From Candidatus Latescibacterota bacterium (GTDB lineage Bacteria > Latescibacterota > UBA2968 > GCA-2709665): a DNA stretch of 64,000 nucleotides. The stretch lies in assembly GCA_965219455.1 (NCBI GenBank), contig OZ244744.1, positions 3,328,001-3,392,000 on the forward strand, read 5' to 3'. The translations under genes were made by a program, and so were the position numbers. Position 1 is the first letter of the stretch. The number at the start of each line of letters is the position of its first letter. This document shows, piece after piece, positions 27,467 to 37,161 of the stretch. The notes below the pieces were generated by a model. The model was not told the DNA's origin and did not search any database. It was given only the letters and a program-made list of their open reading frames with translations.

Positions 27467-27673
27467 ATGGGCGTTGCTGATGTCGTATTGGGGTGGATAG
27501 AACGCGTCAAGCGTGGAGAGCGTCCGAAGGACGTTATTGCGGAGCAAGAGGAAGACCCGTTTCTGGCCCGGTCTTTAGAGATTGACGAGGAGCTTCGGAC
27601 GGGAAAGAGCAGGATGCTTTCGGCTGAGGAGACGCGGCGATATTTTGAAAAGGTGAAGAGGGAAAGTCGGTGA
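27467..27673 (+). CDS. Putative antitoxin of a RelE/ParE module
   Basis: 68 aa with an EELRTGKSRMLSAEETRRYF tail typical of RelB/ParD-like partners. GTGA overlap with the toxin. Confidence 0.65.
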   Translation: MGVADVVLGWIERVKRGERPKDVIAEQEEDPFLARSLEIDEELRTGKSRMLSAEETRRYFEKVKRESR

Positions 27674-28005
27674 ATGAAGCACGTGGAGGATCCAGGAAAG
27701 CGCAAAACCCGCCAGAAAATACAGGGCAACGTGAACCCGTAGAGCAAGAGATTGTAATCCGGGATGTTGTTCGGGAGTTCTTGGATACTTTGCAACCAAA
27801 GGTGAGACGTTCTGCTGTTGAAAAGATCGAATCGCTTAAAGATCCGCTTAACAGGAGGGGATCGAAAAAGATACAGGGGCGTCCTGCCAATGACCCCATG
27901 TTCAGAATCGAAAAAAGGCCGTATCGGATTTTCTACAAACGGTTTTCGGGACGGATATATGTGGTAGATATGGACCATCGGCAAGGTGCGTACGACAGGA
28001 CATAG
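27670..28005 (+). CDS. RelE/ParE family toxin
   Basis: EFLDTL..KVRR...KIESL..P..RGSKKIQG...MFRI...YRIFY...IYVVDMDHRQGAY. Confidence 0.78.
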   Translation: MNEARGGSRKAQNPPENTGQREPVEQEIVIRDVVREFLDTLQPKVRRSAVEKIESLKDPLNRRGSKKIQGRPANDPMFRIEKRPYRIFYKRFSGRIYVVDMDHRQGAYDRT

Positions 28006-28160
28006 CGGGAAACGGCAAGACTTGGGGTGGATTTGATCCAGCGAGGGCCAGGCGTCACTGGGCAATTCCACGTTCCCGTCGTAAATTCCTACCGGAAAGC
28101 GGCGCGGGAATGTCAAGCGACAGTCTGACGTGTTTGGCACTTTTCGATATAGTCCCCCAT

Positions 28161-28196
28161 AAAAGACCCCCCTCCGATGTCATTCGGAGGGGGGTT
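28161..28196 (-). terminator. Rho-independent terminator of the CPBP gene
   Basis: Stem acccccctccga/tcggaggggggt followed by TTTT on the minus strand. Confidence 0.75.
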
Positions 28197-28251
28197 GTCA
28201 TTTCAGCCGTCGGCTTAGCGGATCGAAAAACGTGGCGCAACGGGCAGCGGC

Positions 28252-31200
28252 TCATCCTTCCGTCCGCTGTCGCCGCTCACGCAGACAGGCAGCCAGCAGG
28301 AAGAGCAGCGGCGCCAGGCCGAGCGCGAGCATGGCAACGCCGTGCCACTGATAAACGGATTCCGTTGTCCGTTGAATCATTGCGATTCCAGGGCCCAGGA
28401 TGAGCTTGCCGGACCATATCGCGACAAAATAGGCCATCAGGTTGAACCGGACCAGCCACGCGACCAGGAAAACCAGCACACCCAGATTCACGAGCGCCAG
28501 GCCGGCCAGAACGGCGAAGTGATAGAAACTCCTGGCCGGCGCGATCGCCTCCGAGGACAACATTACAACCGCGATTCCGGCCACAATCAGCCATGGTTGT
28601 TTCACTCCGGCTTTCCAAATCAGCAGAATCGCCAGCATGGCAAAGGGTTCGAATAACTCCAGGGCTGCGTCACCGGCGGCGTTGATGAAGGGAAGATAGG
28701 TGTTTATTCCCGGCAAGTTGAACCCATCCGCCTTTAGAAACTCCGTCAACCCGTGATATTTCACAAATATACCGACACTGCCCGTTCCTGTACGAAGCAG
28801 CAAAAATGCCGCCGCCAGAGCCAGCGTACCTGCCCAGAAGCGCGCGCCGCCTTCTCGCATCCGTAATAGCCCCAGCCACCTGCCCGCCCCCATCTCTTCG
28901 GGATAGAGAGATCCGCAAAGCGCAGCCATCAACGCTATCATGACCGCGATCGCCAGTCCCATCAGGGGTGTGCCGATCAGCAAACCGACCCCCTGAATAC
29001 CCATATAGGTCGTCATCGCCTGGCTTGTATCGTATCCGTGGAAAAAGGTCGGTAACGAATTGATCCAATTCAGTGCCATCAGCGCCACAACCGCAATGCC
29101 TGTTTTGATTGGGAGTCCCCAGGAAATCTCCTTTGCCCGGTAAAGCCGGAAGAAATAGATCCCCGCCAGTATCAGGGTTGCCAGAGCCAATAGAACCGGC
29201 ACGGTCGAGGCCAAGACCTGCCCGGCGCCCTGTTGTCGGAGCGCCCGCAGGAATGTCTCCGGCGCCTTATATTGGGTACCGAAGTATCCGACCTCGTCGC
29301 CCTGGACCCGTGCATTTAAACGGAACTCTCCATCCTCCACCTTCCGGTCAATCCGCTCCCACACAAAATGGTGGTCTTTCCTTTCCTTTTCTTTTTCCGA
29401 ACGCGCTTCCAGAAGCTTGAATCGGGTTGTGTCCGTTACCGACCCGTGAAAGTGTTCCTCAATAAACGCTTCCGCCCGGCTCCTTGCCGGGTCCGTCTCC
29501 AATTCGGGTCCGGCGCGCGTCTCCGGAATGATGTGGTTAATACCCGCAACCCGCCCGGCCGCGTCCACGCGGACCTGGATCTCCTCCTTCTCCATCGGCT
29601 TGAACCAGCGCACGTGCCAATACCACGGTGTGGTGTTTTCCGCCATCAGGGTGTCCGCGCGTCCGACACCGGCGTTCCGGATCAGGTGTGTATAATGGGA
29701 GGAACCGACCCCACTGCGAAACTGCACCGACCTGCGGTAATCCGACACATTCAGTCCCAACTCCTTGCAGAAGGCCTCCGCGACACCCACCGCCTGGCTC
29801 CGGGTCACTTCGAGCTTCAACGTACGGGAGCCGAACCGCTCCACGCGGAATCCGATCATCAACGTGAGACCCGCCAGGGCGCAAAGGCCGCCGACAAGCC
29901 ACCGCTTTCGATCCGGCAAATAGGCATCGGGGTCCTTTTCGATCGCGGCCGTACGGACGGGCCCGGTCGCCGGTTCCCCGGTTTCGACCCGTTCTTCAGG
30001 CGCCTCCTCATCGACTCCGTCGTCGACTTCCCTTGGCCGGGACCTCCCGGTCAGAATCGCGAGCGCCGAGGGGATCGCCGGCAGCAACAAAATACCGATG
30101 ACGAGTACACCGGAAACCTGGAAGTAGAGACTGGAAGATTTCACCATCGGCAACGCGACTATAAATGCATTAATTGCATAATGGGCGATGATGGAAGCCC
30201 ATATCCCGAAACGCAAAAACACAATGCCGAAGACGATTCCGATGACGGTTATTTCAATGCCGCGTATATATATGGGCTCATGGGGATAGTTGGAATGCAA
30301 AAACGCCCACACCACCGCCGGCAACAACACGGCCAGCCACCGCCGTTTCAACCATCGGATCAGCAGAGTAATCGCCAGCAGACGGAAGAAAAACTCCTCC
30401 AGCGCCGCGGCGGACAATCCCACCAGCAACGGGTAAATCCAGGGGATGGCCGTGCTGAAAGCATTGTCGTACTCGCTGACGTCCGCCGGCACCCAGACAT
30501 CGAAATACCGCCCACCCAGTAGATAGAACAGAGCGACGTATCCCAGCACGGCCCCGGCGACGCCATAACCCACGACAGTGGACCGAAGGAATCCGGCTGA
30601 AAACAACCCTCTAAGCGACAGGCGTCCGAGCGGGCTCATGCGTCCCTCGAACAGCACGTCGCGTCCGAGAGCCCCGCCCGCCGTCCCGGCCAGGCAGACG
30701 ATTCCGCCGTAGAGCGCCGCGACCAGAACAGCACTGAACAAAGCAGTCACCAGAAAGGCGCCGTAGGAGACCGTTGTATCGAAACTATACAGGGCAAGAG
30801 GCAGGGCGTTCACGTTCGCCGCAAGCCAGGCGATGGCTACGAGTGTTCCCACCACCAGGCCGGCCTGCCAGCGCAACGCCCTGCGGCGATAGGACTTGAC
30901 CAGAATCACCAGCATGGCGACGCCCAACGCGAGCCAGAACGGCAAAAAAACCTGCGTCAGCAGATTCGCCCGCGAACGCACCTCCCGGTAGTTCCGGGAG
31001 AAGCTGTCCGGTACTTTCAGGTACTCGCTGAACCGCCCCACACGGTTCCCATGGACCACGACGTCCAGCCGGTAATGCCCGTCGTCGCCCACCGTGAAGT
31101 CCTTCTTTCGGTAGGCGAACCGGTGATCGACCCGGGCCTTGCGTTCCGTGCTGGACCGGTCGATCAACTCGTAGGCGTCCAGGTCGTACCCCTGGGTATC

Positions 31201-31665
31201 CCGCAGGAAATCAGATGCAATCGCCAGCGCCGCGTCCTGTGCAATGCTTGTGCCTTCGTCCGATTCCAGGATGCGGTGTGAATATCCGACAATTCGCCCT
31301 CCCGGATCCAGCCCCACCCGAAGTTCCTCCTTCTGCAGCGGCTTGAACCACCGCACGCTCCAGGACCAGATCGACAACCACTGCCTCGCAAGCCGGTTGG
31401 TCTCCTCCAGGCCCAGCGTCTGCTCCAGGAAAATCTGCTGCATCTGGCTGCTGGAGAAAATCTGGGCGCTCTCATAGTCCGCAAGATCGTATCCGAGGTC
31501 CTCCAGATAGGCCTGTGCCTTTCGGAGTACCTCCTCGCGGCTCAACTTGAAGTCCAGCGACGCGGACGGAATCGCCTGGGTGTAGAAATTCAGAAATACC
31601 GCCAGCCCGCCCACACCCAGTACCAGGAAAACCAACAGCCACATCGCATCACGACGGTCCATCAT
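28252..31665 (-). CDS. Large CPBP (CAAX/Abi) intramembrane glutamic protease with duplicated extracytoplasmic domains
   Basis: EEFFFR, WAFLH and IIAHYAIN motifs. Two copies of the W.VRWFKP..KEE..V..D..GR domain. Confidence 0.85.
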   Translation of the reverse strand: MMDRRDAMWLLVFLVLGVGGLAVFLNFYTQAIPSASLDFKLSREEVLRKAQAYLEDLGYDLADYESAQIFSSSQMQQIFLEQTLGLEETNRLARQWLSIWSWSVRWFKPLQKEELRVGLDPGGRIVGYSHRILESDEGTSIAQDAALAIASDFLRDTQGYDLDAYELIDRSSTERKARVDHRFAYRKKDFTVGDDGHYRLDVVVHGNRVGRFSEYLKVPDSFSRNYREVRSRANLLTQVFLPFWLALGVAMLVILVKSYRRRALRWQAGLVVGTLVAIAWLAANVNALPLALYSFDTTVSYGAFLVTALFSAVLVAALYGGIVCLAGTAGGALGRDVLFEGRMSPLGRLSLRGLFSAGFLRSTVVGYGVAGAVLGYVALFYLLGGRYFDVWVPADVSEYDNAFSTAIPWIYPLLVGLSAAALEEFFFRLLAITLLIRWLKRRWLAVLLPAVVWAFLHSNYPHEPIYIRGIEITVIGIVFGIVFLRFGIWASIIAHYAINAFIVALPMVKSSSLYFQVSGVLVIGILLLPAIPSALAILTGRSRPREVDDGVDEEAPEERVETGEPATGPVRTAAIEKDPDAYLPDRKRWLVGGLCALAGLTLMIGFRVERFGSRTLKLEVTRSQAVGVAEAFCKELGLNVSDYRRSVQFRSGVGSSHYTHLIRNAGVGRADTLMAENTTPWYWHVRWFKPMEKEEIQVRVDAAGRVAGINHIIPETRAGPELETDPARSRAEAFIEEHFHGSVTDTTRFKLLEARSEKEKERKDHHFVWERIDRKVEDGEFRLNARVQGDEVGYFGTQYKAPETFLRALRQQGAGQVLASTVPVLLALATLILAGIYFFRLYRAKEISWGLPIKTGIAVVALMALNWINSLPTFFHGYDTSQAMTTYMGIQGVGLLIGTPLMGLAIAVMIALMAALCGSLYPEEMGAGRWLGLLRMREGGARFWAGTLALAAAFLLLRTGTGSVGIFVKYHGLTEFLKADGFNLPGINTYLPFINAAGDAALELFEPFAMLAILLIWKAGVKQPWLIVAGIAVVMLSSEAIAPARSFYHFAVLAGLALVNLGVLVFLVAWLVRFNLMAYFVAIWSGKLILGPGIAMIQRTTESVYQWHGVAMLALGLAPLLFLLAACLRERRQRTEG

Positions 31666-31930
31666 CCACTCCTCTCAATCAGGCCTGTCCAGGTCCGGGA
31701 ATTATCACCCGTAATGTAAAGAGACGGGAACGGCGGGCACAAGAAAAAACCCGGGTGACCGGTGCTTCCGAATCGGTTGCCATCGACTTTCTTTCGTTCT
31801 ATCTTGAGGTCGCGGGGAATCCCCGGATTGTAACGGAAGAACGGATCCGATTGATTCATGTTGTAGAGGAACCTGCGGACGTCTGTCTGCGGGGAATGTC
31901 GGACCCGCCGAACGTGGGCTTCAAAGGAGA

Positions 31931-33028
31931 GTGGCATTGACGACGCATACCGCACTTCCCGAAACCATGCCGGCTGTCGTCTGCCACGGACCCGAAGACT
32001 ACCGCCTGGAAGAACGCCCCGTGCCGCGTCCGGGACCGGAGGAGGTCGTGGTCCGCGTCAAATCCGCGGGGATCTGCGCCAGCGATCTCAAATGTTATCT
32101 GGGCGCCCCGCTCTTCTGGGGAGATGAACACCGCGAGGGATACTGCCAGGCCCCCGTTATCCCCGGCCATGAATTCATTGGCGAAGTCGTTCTCCTCGGT
32201 TCCCGCGCCGGTGAGAAATACGGACTCGCTATCGGCGACATGGCGATCTCCGAACAGATCGTCCCGTGCCACGCATGCCGCTACTGCAGGCGCGGCCAGT
32301 ACTGGATGTGCATGCGGCACGATATCTACGGCTTCCGGCAGAATACCTTCGGTGCGATGGCCCGATACATGCGTTTCCCAGCCGACGCTCTCAACTACAA
32401 GGTTCCCGCGTGCATTCCGCCCGAACACGCCGTGTACATCGAGCCGCTTGCGTGCGCCATTCACGCCGTGCAACGGGGCGGTATCGAACTGGACCACGCC
32501 GTGGTCATCGCCGGCGCGGGACCGCTGGGCCTGGGGATGGTTGCCGCCGCCCGGCTCAAAAACCCCCGCCTGCTTATTGCCCTGGACCTCAACGACCACC
32601 GCCTGGAGGTCGCCCGCGCCTGCGGCGCGGACCTGGTCTTCAACCCCCGAAAGACAGACGTCATCCGCGAAGTGCGCCATCTCACCGACGGGTATGGTTG
32701 TGACGTGTACATCGAAGCGACCGGGCATCCCGACGCCGTGGAACAGGGTCTGCACATGATCTGTAAACTCGGCACCTTTGTGGAATTCAGCGTGCTTCGA
32801 GATCCGGTGACGACGGACTGGACAATCATCGGCGATACCAAGGAACTCAACATCCACGGCGCCCACCTGGGACCCGGTTGTTACCCCATCGCTATCGACA
32901 TGATCCAAAAGGGCCTATTGCCAATGGATCGTATCGTGACCCATCGCCTGCCTCTTGAGAGATTTCAGGACGGCATGGATCTCGTCGCCGCCGGCGACCG
33001 ATCAATCAAAGTCATGCTCCAGCCGTGA
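31931..33028 (+). CDS. Zn-dependent polyol dehydrogenase, erythritol/L-threitol dehydrogenase (EltD)-like
   Basis: GICASDLKC..GAPLFWG, PGHEF, CxxCxxC..C, GAGPLG and DWTIIGDTKEL. Confidence 0.85.
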   Translation: MALTTHTALPETMPAVVCHGPEDYRLEERPVPRPGPEEVVVRVKSAGICASDLKCYLGAPLFWGDEHREGYCQAPVIPGHEFIGEVVLLGSRAGEKYGLAIGDMAISEQIVPCHACRYCRRGQYWMCMRHDIYGFRQNTFGAMARYMRFPADALNYKVPACIPPEHAVYIEPLACAIHAVQRGGIELDHAVVIAGAGPLGLGMVAAARLKNPRLLIALDLNDHRLEVARACGADLVFNPRKTDVIREVRHLTDGYGCDVYIEATGHPDAVEQGLHMICKLGTFVEFSVLRDPVTTDWTIIGDTKELNIHGAHLGPGCYPIAIDMIQKGLLPMDRIVTHRLPLERFQDGMDLVAAGDRSIKVMLQP

Positions 33029-33363
33029 CCGGACGAAGCGCGAACGGTCCAGGAAACTTCTACCACCCGGACAGCCCGGCCACCGACAATTAACACTGTT
33101 CCTGAGGCTTTCTTTGGCAGATATTCTTTTCACCGGAAAAGCCTCCTTCGTACAGGAAAACATCCATCACCCAATTTCTCAACCATCTGTCGCGTGAGCG
33201 GCGATTGTCCGATGTGAGTGTTGAACGGTTGAAAAAGCCTATCGACCAGTGCATCCACGGGCGTAAAAAAATCAGGGAACGGTGTATAACTAGTCGCAGA
33301 CCAGTTCATTGGGAATTAAGAATGAACGATTGACAGACCATTGATTGAGAAGGAGTGATCCCC

Positions 33364-33615
33364 ATGCTCACATCGATTGAAGGAATGTATCGCGGCGGTA
33401 AAATTGAACTTCCGGAATTACCCTGCGATATTCATGAAGATACGCCCGTCATTGTCACATTTCTGCCAACACATTCTATCGATTTACAAAAACGCGGTAT
33501 TGACAAAGCACAGGCAGCAGATTTGCGTGAACGCCTGACGACCTTTGCCGAAGACTGGGAAAGCCCGGAAATGAGTATTTATGACAACTATGACGCAGCC
33601 AAATCCAACCTGTAA
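33364..33615 (+). CDS. Antitoxin (AF2212/DUF104-like N-terminus) of a PemK/MazF module
   Basis: SIEGMYRGGKIEL and C-terminal FAEDWESPEMSIYD. AAGGAG RBS; overlaps the toxin; AT-richer than the flanks. Confidence 0.75.
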   Translation: MLTSIEGMYRGGKIELPELPCDIHEDTPVIVTFLPTHSIDLQKRGIDKAQAADLRERLTTFAEDWESPEMSIYDNYDAAKSNL

Positions 33616-33957
33616 ACGCGGTGACGTCATTTTAGTGCTTTTTCCGGATTCTAACTTGCTTACAGCCAAGCCACGTCCGGGATTAATCGTTCAATCTGAC
33701 AATCTTCAAACCGGTTTATCGCAAGTGGTCGTATGGTCGTAGCGATGATTACTAGCAAGATGTTTCGCGCCAATCATTCGAGCCGTGTTACTATTTTACT
33801 TTCTACTCTCGAAGGACAACAATCGGGGCTACTTACAGATTCTGTAGTAATGGCTGACAATCTTGCCACAATCGTGGAATCGGCAATTGACCGCGTCATT
33901 GGTTCGCTTCCAATGACCAAAGTTGATGGGGCTCTCCGGCACACGCTGAATCTATAA
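33581..33957 (+). pseudogene. PemK/MazF toxin frameshifted by an 8-bp tandem duplication
   Basis: KRGDVILVLFPDS..TAKPRP in one frame; AMITS...SGLLTDSVVMADNLATI in another. tggtcgta occurs twice at 33726-33741; removing one copy restores a 123-codon frame. Confidence 0.88.
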
Positions 33958-34160
33958 GTGCGAACTTTTATGCCTAATGTATTGCATATCTTTTTCGAGA
34001 TATAAGTTCTCTATTGATGTAGGGGTTGTTTTTGTAACGAGGGGATTCGATTGCGCGAGCTTGCAGGTCCCAAAATTGAGGCTGTGGATCTGGCCGATAG
34101 ACTGGGGACCGTAGTCTGATGAGCAAAACACAGATTCAGCGTTGACCAGGAGAGGATACA

Positions 34161-36215
34161 ATGGAAGAAACCGGGAAACCCATCCGCCGAAGACTAAGCA
34201 TCAACCCCGAGGGGGTCGTGCCGGACCTTCAGGACTTTCCTCTTCTCGTGGTCCTGCGGGACAACGACCTGAAACCTGTTGACAGGGGCGGTCATGTTCT
34301 CAGTGAAGACGGGAGCGACATTCACTTCGTTTCAAGCCAGGGCGATGCGCTGGCGTACCGTATCGAGTCCTACGATCCCGCAAACGGCGCCCTCAGGGCA
34401 AGAGTCAGAATCCCCTCACTCTCCGCGGCCACAAATCTATACCTGTGCTATGGCGCTGGACCGGTTTCGTGCCCGGACCCCGTTTGGGATACCCACTACA
34501 AACTGGTCAGCTGTCGAAGCGAATCGGTACGCTCCGAAGCATTCGAACACGCACAAACCCTGACTGTCGAAGCCTGGGTCCAAAGCGACCAGACCAATTC
34601 GGACGCCTTCCAGGCCCTCGTGTCCAAGTGGTCGCTGCGGCCGGTCATGGATACGTTCGAGTCCTATGATGCCGGGGACACCGACGGTCTGGACACCAGG
34701 GGCTATTTCGGCGCCGTCTCTGACGGACGATTCGTGTACTTTGCGCCGCAATGCAATGGTTCCCAGGAACGCCACGGCCAGGTTCTTCGATACGATTCCT
34801 GGGGTGGTTTCAACGATCCTGAAAGCTGGCAAGGATACGACGCCGGGTGTACGGACGGACTCAACACGAAAGGGTACTACGGCGTCGTGCACGCCGGGAA
34901 CCATATCTATTTTGTCCCGCGTACCGACGGGCGTGCGCATCACAGCCGGATTCTGCGTTACGACCGGCGCGGGGAATTCCACGATCCCGGAAGTTGGCAG
35001 GCATACGATATCGGCAATAACATTTCCCACCAGAGCGCCGCCTATGACGGACGTTACATCTACCTCGTGCCCGGATACGAGGTAGACGGGTCCGAAACCG
35101 GCCGAGCCGTCCGGTACGATACGCGGGGTGATTTCAAGGATCCAGCCAGCTATGTCATCTACGATGCCGGTAATACCGGCGGACTGGAGTCGAGAAATTA
35201 CGACGGCGCCACCTTCGATGGACGTTACGTCTATTTTGCGCCGCTCAACGACCGCGGCATCGTGCTAAGACACGATAGCAAGGGCGAGTTTGACGATCCG
35301 GCGGCCTGGCAGGCCCTGGATGCCAGTGGTCAGGGCATGGGGATGTGCGTGGGCGCCATTTTCGACGGACGCTACATATATTACGTACCGTACGCCCACA
35401 GTAACGCCGTACGGTACGACACGCGGTGCGACTTCATGGACCCTGAAAGCTGGGAAGCCTACGACGCCGACCGAACGTCCGGCCTGCACACCCGCGGTTA
35501 CGACGGCGCGGCCTTCGACGGTCAGTACATTTATTACATTCCGTTCTACGAAGGCGACGAACCCCAGCGAGGCTTCCACTGTCGCGTCCTGCGTTACAAC
35601 ACCTGCATGAACTTCACCGACAGGGCCGCCTGGGATGCCGCAGACGGAGGCGTATTCACCCATCCGCCTAATCCCGGCGGGTTCAATGGGGGCGCGTTCG
35701 ACGGACGCTACGTGTACTTCGCGCCATGGCGCGAAGATCCGGATGAAAACGACGCTCGGGAATACACGCCCCACGGAAAGGTGCTTCGCTACGACACCGC
35801 TGGCGACGCTTCCTTTATGCTCAAATACGTCGAATGCGGCCACAATGGCGGCCTCTGCGCCTCTCTGCCGGGTCCGACCTTCACCATTAACACACAAAGC
35901 GGCACCCGGAGCGTACGCGCCAACAGGACGCTCCCACCCGGCAGGCATCACCTGTCGGGCGTATACGACGGTGAACGGGCGACCCTGTTCATTGACGGTG
36001 CGCCAGTGGCTTCGACCGAAGCGTCGGGTCCCATCCGGTCCAGTCAGACACCAATCGAGATCGGCCGCCTCGCAGGCGGCGGGGCGCCGTTTCAAGGTGA
36101 AATCGAGGAAGTCCGTATCTCGAGTACCGCCCGATCCGATCAGTGGATCGACGTCACCTATCAGAACCTTGCGAATCCGACGGAATTCGTCCGCATGGGA
36201 CCGGAAGAAAGATAG
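34161..36215 (+). CDS. DUF2341 + LamG protein with inserted 7-repeat beta-propeller
   Basis: DFPLLV..G.DIHF..IESYD (DUF2341). LTVEAWV...HHLSGVYDG..LFIDG..FQGEIEEVRIS (LamG). Seven FDGRYxYxxP...RYD...F.D...W repeats. Confidence 0.8.
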   Translation: MEETGKPIRRRLSINPEGVVPDLQDFPLLVVLRDNDLKPVDRGGHVLSEDGSDIHFVSSQGDALAYRIESYDPANGALRARVRIPSLSAATNLYLCYGAGPVSCPDPVWDTHYKLVSCRSESVRSEAFEHAQTLTVEAWVQSDQTNSDAFQALVSKWSLRPVMDTFESYDAGDTDGLDTRGYFGAVSDGRFVYFAPQCNGSQERHGQVLRYDSWGGFNDPESWQGYDAGCTDGLNTKGYYGVVHAGNHIYFVPRTDGRAHHSRILRYDRRGEFHDPGSWQAYDIGNNISHQSAAYDGRYIYLVPGYEVDGSETGRAVRYDTRGDFKDPASYVIYDAGNTGGLESRNYDGATFDGRYVYFAPLNDRGIVLRHDSKGEFDDPAAWQALDASGQGMGMCVGAIFDGRYIYYVPYAHSNAVRYDTRCDFMDPESWEAYDADRTSGLHTRGYDGAAFDGQYIYYIPFYEGDEPQRGFHCRVLRYNTCMNFTDRAAWDAADGGVFTHPPNPGGFNGGAFDGRYVYFAPWREDPDENDAREYTPHGKVLRYDTAGDASFMLKYVECGHNGGLCASLPGPTFTINTQSGTRSVRANRTLPPGRHHLSGVYDGERATLFIDGAPVASTEASGPIRSSQTPIEIGRLAGGGAPFQGEIEEVRISSTARSDQWIDVTYQNLANPTEFVRMGPEER

Positions 36216-36264
36216 GGCGAAACGCTGAGGCGCGTCGCCCTGATTGGGTTTCCGGTACAGAACA

Positions 36265-37161
36265 CTAGATCCGTCTGCCGATACCGCTGCCCGCCCGTAC
36301 GTGCACTTCAATGCCGCGCCTGGAGTCTTCGACAAGGTCGTCGTCAAACGCGATCATACCCGGTTCGAACAGCAATACCAGCGTGGACCCTCCGAACTGA
36401 AAATACCCCTTCTCCTGTCCCCTGTCGACCGATCCGGGTCTGTAGGTCTGAACGATGCTTCCGACGGCAAACCCGCCAATCTCGAGGTACGCGATCCGTC
36501 CGAATTGCCGTGAAGTAAATTCGGTAATCGCGCGTTTGTTCCGCCAGAATACGCCGGGCACCCTGGCAAGGCCCAACGGATTGACAATAAAGTACCGCCC
36601 GGCGACGACGCGCGCCGGTCCGGTCTTTCCGGAATCCGGAAAGTGGAACCGGTGATAGTCGTAAGGCGCGAGCCGAACGACCAGCGCCGAACCGTCGAGA
36701 TACGGACGCGCCTCCTCCTCGGAATCCAGCAGGAGTTGCAGTGGAACCGATGCCCCTTTGACCGGGATCCGGGCGCCATCCACGAGTTGCTGATAGGCGA
36801 GAACCTTACCGTCCGCGGGACAGGAGAATGTGTCGGGCGCCAGGTCAAACGGCCTGGCATCGGGTTTCAACCGGCGGGTGAAAAACGCGTTGAAACTGCG
36901 GTATCGATCCAGGGGAAATTCGATCTCTTCGACGTCAATGCCGTATGTTCTGACAAAACGGAAAATCTTCCGGCCACTTCCGGGACGCGCCTGCATCCAG
37001 CCGTATAACCGGCAAAAGACCGAATTATTCAGCAAGAGGTGGAAAAGCCCGAGGAAGAATGACGAATCGAACCACCGCTGGAAGCATGCATGAGACAGCG
37101 GCTCCGTTACCATTCTTCCGGACCTGCGGTCCCGATACGTAATCTCGGAATCGTCACCCAT
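36265..37161 (-). CDS. psd: Phosphatidylserine decarboxylase proenzyme
   Basis: SFNAFFTRRLK, PADGK, RLAPYDYHRFHFP and the GYFQFGGST autocleavage motif. Confidence 0.92.
   Translation of the reverse strand: MGDDSEITYRDRRSGRMVTEPLSHACFQRWFDSSFFLGLFHLLLNNSVFCRLYGWMQARPGSGRKIFRFVRTYGIDVEEIEFPLDRYRSFNAFFTRRLKPDARPFDLAPDTFSCPADGKVLAYQQLVDGARIPVKGASVPLQLLLDSEEEARPYLDGSALVVRLAPYDYHRFHFPDSGKTGPARVVAGRYFIVNPLGLARVPGVFWRNKRAITEFTSRQFGRIAYLEIGGFAVGSIVQTYRPGSVDRGQEKGYFQFGGSTLVLLFEPGMIAFDDDLVEDSRRGIEVHVRAGSGIGRRI

Noticed and set aside
34650-35800. Periodic nucleotide repeats (ttcgacggacgctac)
   Set aside because: They are coding repeats of the propeller blades, not a CRISPR or non-coding array.
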